This document shows, one piece after another, positions 56,853 through 64,000 of a stretch of 64,000 nt of DNA. Position 1 is the first letter of the stretch. Each line of letters begins with the position of its first letter. The notes beneath the pieces were generated by a model. The model saw only the letters and a list, made by a program, of their open reading frames with translations, had not been told where the DNA came from and searched no databases. The DNA is from Eledone cirrhosa. Lineage: Eukaryota. The position numbers were made by a program, and so were the translations under genes. The stretch lies in the NCBI GenBank assembly GCA_964016885.1, contig OZ024746.1, positions 66,526,001-66,590,000 on the forward strand, written 5' to 3'.

Positions 56853-57061
56853 TAACGGAAGAAATGTGGTTAGGAACCAGGTGGACCATAACACACCAAA
56901 GTACTCAATACTTAGGGTAGTAGAGTGGGTAATAGGAACGAGTACGAGTAGGACCCCGACGGCTGAGCTCAGGCCGTTTCGACGGCTAATTCTGGACTCA
57001 ATTCTAGTCCAGAATTAGCCGTCGGAACGGCTTGAGCTCTGCCGTCGGGGTCCTACTCGTT

Positions 57062-57065
<4 letters not shown>
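56853..57065 (-). mobile_element. Fold-back element family E, copy 2
   Basis: About 145-bp long arm, 7-nt loop, about 60-bp short inverted arm, (TA)n on both sides. Confidence 0.9.
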
Positions 57066-57121
<56 letters not shown>

Positions 57122-57257
57122 TATTTATATATATATATATACAATGAATAAATAAATAACCAGTCTTTAATTACATTATTTAATAGGTTTCCTTTCGTTT
57201 TTTTTAAAATATAGGAGATAGCATTTTATTCCACTGTACTGAACTCCTTAGGATCAT

Positions 57258-57428
57258 TCGGTAGAGGGTGGGACGCCATGCTTTCCAGCATAGTTACGTC
57301 CCTTTACATCCTGAGTTCAAATCCCGCCGAGGTTGACTTTGCTTTTCCTTCCTTACGGGGTCGATAAAATAAAGTACCAGTAATGAACTGGGTATTTGCT
57401 GGCCTTGTGCCTAATGTAGAAACAATTA
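57258..57428 (+). mobile_element. tRNA-derived SINE (same family as 19098-19490)
   Basis: B-box GAGTTCAAATCC, core GGGGTCGATAAAATAAAGTACCAG, tail GTAGAAACAATT. Confidence 0.87.
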
Positions 57429-57567
57429 AATGATACAAAAAAAAATTGTTCACCAACCGCATGCCCCAATATCTCCAAATTCGAAAACGTAAACATCTTT
57501 ACATAATGTTATAGGTTTAGAGCTTTGAAAAATACTTTTTCCCTATATTATCAACCCATCTAATCTT

Positions 57568-58112
<545 letters not shown>

Positions 58113-58275
58113 ATATATATATATAAAACCATACTCTACTTCCCCAACTATCGACAACTCTTTTCAGTAATAGTCTAACAAATTTAAAACTAAATTCATC
58201 CTGATTTATACACACACACATGCACATATACTCCCCCCCCCATATATATATACTCAAAAGAGTACTCGATACTTG

Positions 58276-58346
<71 letters not shown>

Positions 58347-58363
58347 ATATATATATATATATG

Positions 58364-58464
<101 letters not shown>

Positions 58465-59159
58465 TTATTATTATTTTATTATTATTATTATTGTTGTTGT
58501 TAAATCAAACTTCAACGCAGCTGGAGTTTCACATTTTATTTCTTGTTTTCTCAAGTACTTTCTTGTTTCTTCTGTAATATTATTTGGTGCAATTGGCAGT
58601 TTGCCTTCGTTACAAATAATACATCAGTGGCTTACATGTATTTGAAGTGATACATTCTATTAAACATAATTCTATTTTACATAATTTATGTTTGGTAATG
58701 TTACTTTTACGTTGTAAGTTTATCAAGGAGAGATAACCTATAAAAGGGTATTGGTTAATAAAACTTAGATAATGGATCACCTTAACACAACTTGAATTAA
58801 ATTAAAGTAAATCGAACTAAATCAAATTGAATTAGTGTCAATGTATATTAAGATTTGATTTCAACTTTCGAATAAAACTATTTTCTTTTGAATTAACAAA
58901 CGACATGAAGTTTATAAAATGTACATATTGTTTTAAGTTTGTTTCCAAATATCCATTTAATACCATCACTCATGCATTATAGTCTCTAATCTGTTTATTG
59001 TGTTGTCGCGAGCCTTCTGAAAATGCATTTCCCTTCAGGATAATCCGTATTTAGGTGCAATTCTAGCATTTGAGATTCAGGATGTATGGACTAAAACTCT
59101 GAATTGATGATTATTCATAATATTAGCCTTCTGTGACCACTTCCATTAAATCAATGACA

Positions 59160-59425
59160 TCATATTCTTGCAAGATGGACTCCCTCCTAATTTTGCAAGC
59201 GCTATCCATGACGGACTTGACATCCAAATTGCAGGACGTTGTCCGGGTTGTGGAGATCCCCGTGAATGGCCAACAAGACACCCTGGCGTAACGTCCCGAG
59301 CTTATTTCATGTGGGGGTATATGAAGGAAGAACCTTATAACTCGATACCAAAATATCTGACTAATTTCGAGGAACGCATTCGTCTTATTTTGACACCGCA
59401 TACAATCTGCGTTCATACCTAAGCC
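59160..59425 (+). pseudogene. Tc1/mariner-superfamily transposase fossil
   Basis: QDGLPPNF..GRCPGCGDPREWPTRHPGVTSRAYFMWGYMKEEPY matches the QDGAPPH..GRWIGR..WPPRSPDLTPxDFFLWGYLK pattern. Confidence 0.7.
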
Positions 59426-59612
59426 AGTTGAGTATATACCGAAACAATTGCAAATACGGAGGAGGGAAAAATATTGGTACTTATGTAGAAGTTTAACAAT
59501 GTAGGTAATTCAACCATTATACTATTCAACATAAAATATGCTTTAGAGAAAATCTAATAATAATAATTAAAATTATTAACAATTTTAAATAGACTTTTTC
59601 TTTTCACCTGCA

Positions 59613-59652
<40 letters not shown>

Positions 59653-59653
59653 A

Positions 59654-59707
<54 letters not shown>

Positions 59708-59794
59708 GTGTGTGTGTGTGTGTGTGTGCATGTATGTATATATATAACCATATATATATATATGAAGTTTAATCGTAGATCCCGAAGAATAACA

Positions 59795-59833
59795 TTCATG
59801 AGGTTGGCGTGTCTTGCTTGGGGATCTAGCCGG

Positions 59834-59870
<37 letters not shown>
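59795..59870 (+). mobile_element. Possible tiny RTE-like remnant with (AAG)n
   Basis: tcttgcttggggatctagccgg resembles 51210-51237 and 44660-44677; followed by (AAG)n. Confidence 0.35.
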
Positions 59871-59872
<2 letters not shown>

Positions 59873-60507
59873 GATACAAAACATAACGACGACATTTTGA
59901 AATTGGTTATTTTGGTAGATTTCTCTTAAAATACCAGCATTCTTTCACTCTCAATTTCTAAGGAAATATCTAACAAACCAGCTGAGGAGGGTGTATATTT
60001 ATTCTAATTGCGGCAAATGTTGAAATAGGCAAGATATGTTATAGTATTCATAGTTTTTCTCGATTTTCTGCATATTCTCAACAATACTGTAGGTATTCAA
60101 CAGAAATGTTGATTTAATAAATAGATAAAAGAGAAAATACTGTGATTCATACAATAGAATTTTTTTTTTTCCATATTGGATTATGACCGTTCTGTATTTT
60201 CGTAAACGTTTTGGCTCCTATTCAAATTGCTGTTATCACGAAGCTCAATTGATCTGAATAATATACATATATAAAATGAATACTGTGGTAATTTTACTTG
60301 AATGACTTCGCCATGCCTTTGTAGGTGACAAGAGGTGTTAAATGACATTTATTTCTGGTGTGTCTTCGGAAATGAAATATGGTTTAATAGCTTTATCCAT
60401 CCCATTAAATCTCTTTCGTCTAGCGATACCGATATGAATATTTCAGGAAACAACACGTTTGCTACGTTATATCAATAACATCCTCTCGTATTTCCTATTT
60501 GAAGACA

Positions 60508-60945
<438 letters not shown>

Positions 60946-61365
60946 TTGCGTTTGAATTTTGTGTTAAGTTATAAATGCATATTTTCATACATAGTATATG
61001 GGTATTGCTTTAATCTTTAATAGGTATTTGCGTTGTTATAGTCTTTAATATTATAAGTGTTATAGTGTCATTTTCGTATTAATTGCTTATCTTAAGTTGA
61101 GTTATTCCCACGTTAACTTAATGTGTAAAATACATACATAACACACTCTAAGTTTCTCAAATGTTACTGTTCATATATATACATATATTTAGGGTATTAA
61201 TAAATCTTAAAAGGCGGAAGGGTTATCAGACACACTTCTGGATGATGGTAGCACAGCCGCGTGCTAGACGTCAGTTGAAAGTTTGAGACCCTCGTTTCAT
61301 GTTAGATTTCATAGCCAAAAGATTGTGGTTGATGGTGTCCCCATTATGTTAATTTAATATTCATA

Positions 61366-61421
<56 letters not shown>

Positions 61422-61619
61422 TAGTATATAAATATGCATCCAAACAAACATACATGGAGACACACATACACACTTTATCTGTATATATATATAAATATAT
61501 GTATGTGTGTGTATGTATGTATTATAAAACCAGAGTTAGAAAGTTTAAGCAAAGACTCGCTGCTTTTACCCTAAACGGGATCTTCTCATAATAAATATTT
61601 GCTCTACGGGTTTATATAT

Positions 61620-61819
61620 NNNNNNNNNNNNNNNNNNNNNNNNNNNNNNNNNNNNNNNNNNNNNNNNNNNNNNNNNNNNNNNNNNNNNNNNNNNNNNNNN
61701 NNNNNNNNNNNNNNNNNNNNNNNNNNNNNNNNNNNNNNNNNNNNNNNNNNNNNNNNNNNNNNNNNNNNNNNNNNNNNNNNNNNNNNNNNNNNNNNNNNNN
61801 NNNNNNNNNNNNNNNNNNN
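61620..61819. other. Assembly gap (200 N)
   Basis: Run of N. Confidence 0.99.
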
Positions 61820-61837
61820 CACAACTAGCTAACAGAT

Positions 61838-62020
<183 letters not shown>

Positions 62021-62409
62021 AAGTTGTTCAATATATTATTGATCGCGTGGCACAGTTATGACACAGGAAAGTTGAATATCTGTTCTTTACTATGTTATTT
62101 TCACAGTGAACTATATATTATATAGAATACCATGAGTTCACACACTTTAAATTAAAATGTAAGATACACTATTAAAATGTTTATACATAAAATTACATTA
62201 AAATTCATTGCAATGAAGCATATTGAAAAATTATTGATATAAACGATGATCAAAAAGGTTTTATCGTGGAAGAATTGTATTTCCCAAATTCAACACATTA
62301 TCAAAACAAAAACAAGACCACTTCTTTGATATATTGGTTGAATAATATTTATGAAACTTTATCGTATATGAACTGGTATAATCAAATCAAACATTACATA
62401 TATATATGT

Positions 62410-62752
62410 TTACCCCTCTTTTAATTTCAGTTTATTTTGATCATGCCTTTATTTTTAAATGTTCTCATTCCTTGTATTTTTAAATGTTCTCATTCCTTGT
62501 ATTTTGATCATGCTTTATTTTTATTTATTATTTATTATATTTTTGTCTTTATTTGTAAATTTTTCATTCGCACCGTTTCCTTTCGCTATATGTCTCTCCA
62601 CCACTCCCCTACACACCTTTTGAACTCTTACCTGAAGAAGGGCTTATGCCCGAAACGTCGTCCTCCACCTACCCCCCACTCTCCTGAGCGTGAATCTAAT
62701 AAACATTTATCGTACTGCCTCTCTGTTCTGTCCCTGTTCAATTTTTTATTAT

Positions 62753-62755
<3 letters not shown>
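62410..62755 (+). mobile_element. Penelope-like terminal fragment with minimal hammerhead (62632-62659)
   Basis: CTGAAGA-A-GGGC-TTAT-GCCC-GAAAC-GTC, then CCTGAGCGTGAATCTAATA; homologous to 26421-26705; TA flanks. Confidence 0.62.
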
Positions 62756-62808
<53 letters not shown>

Positions 62809-62824
62809 ATATATTGCTCTCTCC

Positions 62825-62856
<32 letters not shown>

Positions 62857-62859
<3 letters not shown>

Positions 62860-63058
62860 GGAACAAGTAAGACCCCGACGGCTGAGCTCAAGCCGTTTTG
62901 ACGGCTAATTCTGGACTAACTAGTCCAGAATTAGCCGTCGAAACGGCTTGAGCTCAGCCGTCGGGGTTTTACTTGTTCCTATTACCCACTCTACTACCCT
63001 AAGTATAGAGTACTTTGGTGCGTTATGGTCCACCTGGTTCCTTACCACATTTCCTTCG

Positions 63059-63061
<3 letters not shown>
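62857..63061 (+). mobile_element. Fold-back element family E, copy 4 (opposite orientation)
   Basis: Short arm 62857-62917, 4-nt loop aact, long arm 62922-63061, (TA)n on both sides. Confidence 0.9.
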
Positions 63062-63114
<53 letters not shown>

Positions 63115-63708
63115 CCTTGCTTTGCTAGGAGGTAAATGTTCCAACTCGTCATTTAGTATGGAACAAATTTTTGACGGTGGTAACTACATGTTTGTTTTGA
63201 TATTTCTAGACATAGATCAGTATCATTTCTTTAATATGATGTTGGATGAATAGGAGCGAATAAAACGAATGGGGCTTACTTCTTCAGAAACGATCCTATG
63301 AATTGGGAGATATTTCTGAGACATAATCAGCTTAGAATAGTCAGAGAGTTATAGAAACCTAAAGCAATTGCTGTCATAAATAACGAATTCATACATGTTC
63401 AGAATGTGGCAATAATCCAGGTTTCTATCGTTTCGTGTTTGGTAACTGAAATGATGCAAATGTTAAACTAATACACGTGATATTTAAACGTTAAATGGAT
63501 CGAGGTGACGCAAAAATATTGGAGATAGAAGTAGTTTACTTCATGAATGATTTATACAATCAATTTCATAATTCGTATTACGTCATTGAGGCTTTATCTG
63601 CGTACACATTCTGAACAAATATACACTGATCTTTGGCGACACGGCTTTTATTAGCTACAACGTTGTTTTCTTGCTTTCGAACTTGTTCTGATTATCTTTT
63701 CTTTGCAG

Positions 63709-63843
63709 ATAAATGAAGACCTTAATCTGACTCTCCAATTGCAAAGTTTCGCTGTAATTGTTGCCTTGAATGCAGTCCATATTGCTTTAGAGATTGCTTG
63801 CTTTCTGATAGCTGTATGGTTGTCGACTTTCTCAAAAAGCTAG
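63709..63843 (+). CDS. Candidate terminal exon encoding a hydrophobic peptide
   Basis: ctgat branch-like motif, polypyrimidine tract and tgcag acceptor; only phase 0 is open: INEDLNLTLQLQSFAVIVALNAVHIALEIACFLIAVWLSTFSKS*. No homology recognised. Confidence 0.22.
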   Translation: MNEDLNLTLQLQSFAVIVALNAVHIALEIACFLIAVWLSTFSKS

Positions 63844-64000
63844 AGACGTGGACGGAGATTCTACAGCATTACTCAAACTTAAAAGGCCTGCCAGATGTAA
63901 TTAGACTATAAGAATAACTAGATATGTATGAAATGGGCGGTAAGAACCACAGGAAGGATGTCATTGTGGGCTAGTAAAACGTCGCTCAATATCTGAAAGC

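Overview
Eukaryotic, very AT-rich, repeat-dominated DNA, probably intergenic or intronic. The dense (TA)n/(CA)n/(AG)n tracts and the SINE families suggest a mollusc, most likely an octopus (inference). No host gene can be called with confidence; there is one weak candidate terminal exon at 63709. The first 10 kb holds three non-LTR retrotransposons stacked in one (AAT/ATT)n tract: a near full-length L1/Tx1-clade element (minus strand), a 5'-truncated R4/Dong-like element with a restriction-like endonuclease (plus strand), and a short 3' piece of a second Dong-like family. A decayed, internally duplicated second Tx1 copy lies at 45-48 kb. RTE, CR1-like and mariner fossils and tRNA-derived SINEs are scattered throughout, and there is a 200-N gap. 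The most interesting non-coding signal is a recurrent class of fold-back (inverted-repeat) elements anchored in (TA)n tracts, from several unrelated sequence families. Many carry minimal hammerhead-ribozyme motifs (CUGANGA..GAAA..UH) of the kind known from Penelope-like retroelements. Several have a long arm plus a short arm ending at an internal TA, and within each copy the two arms share copy-specific variants. One hairpin has captured about 145 bp of nearby DNA in its loop. All alignments and folds were done by eye; no searches were run.
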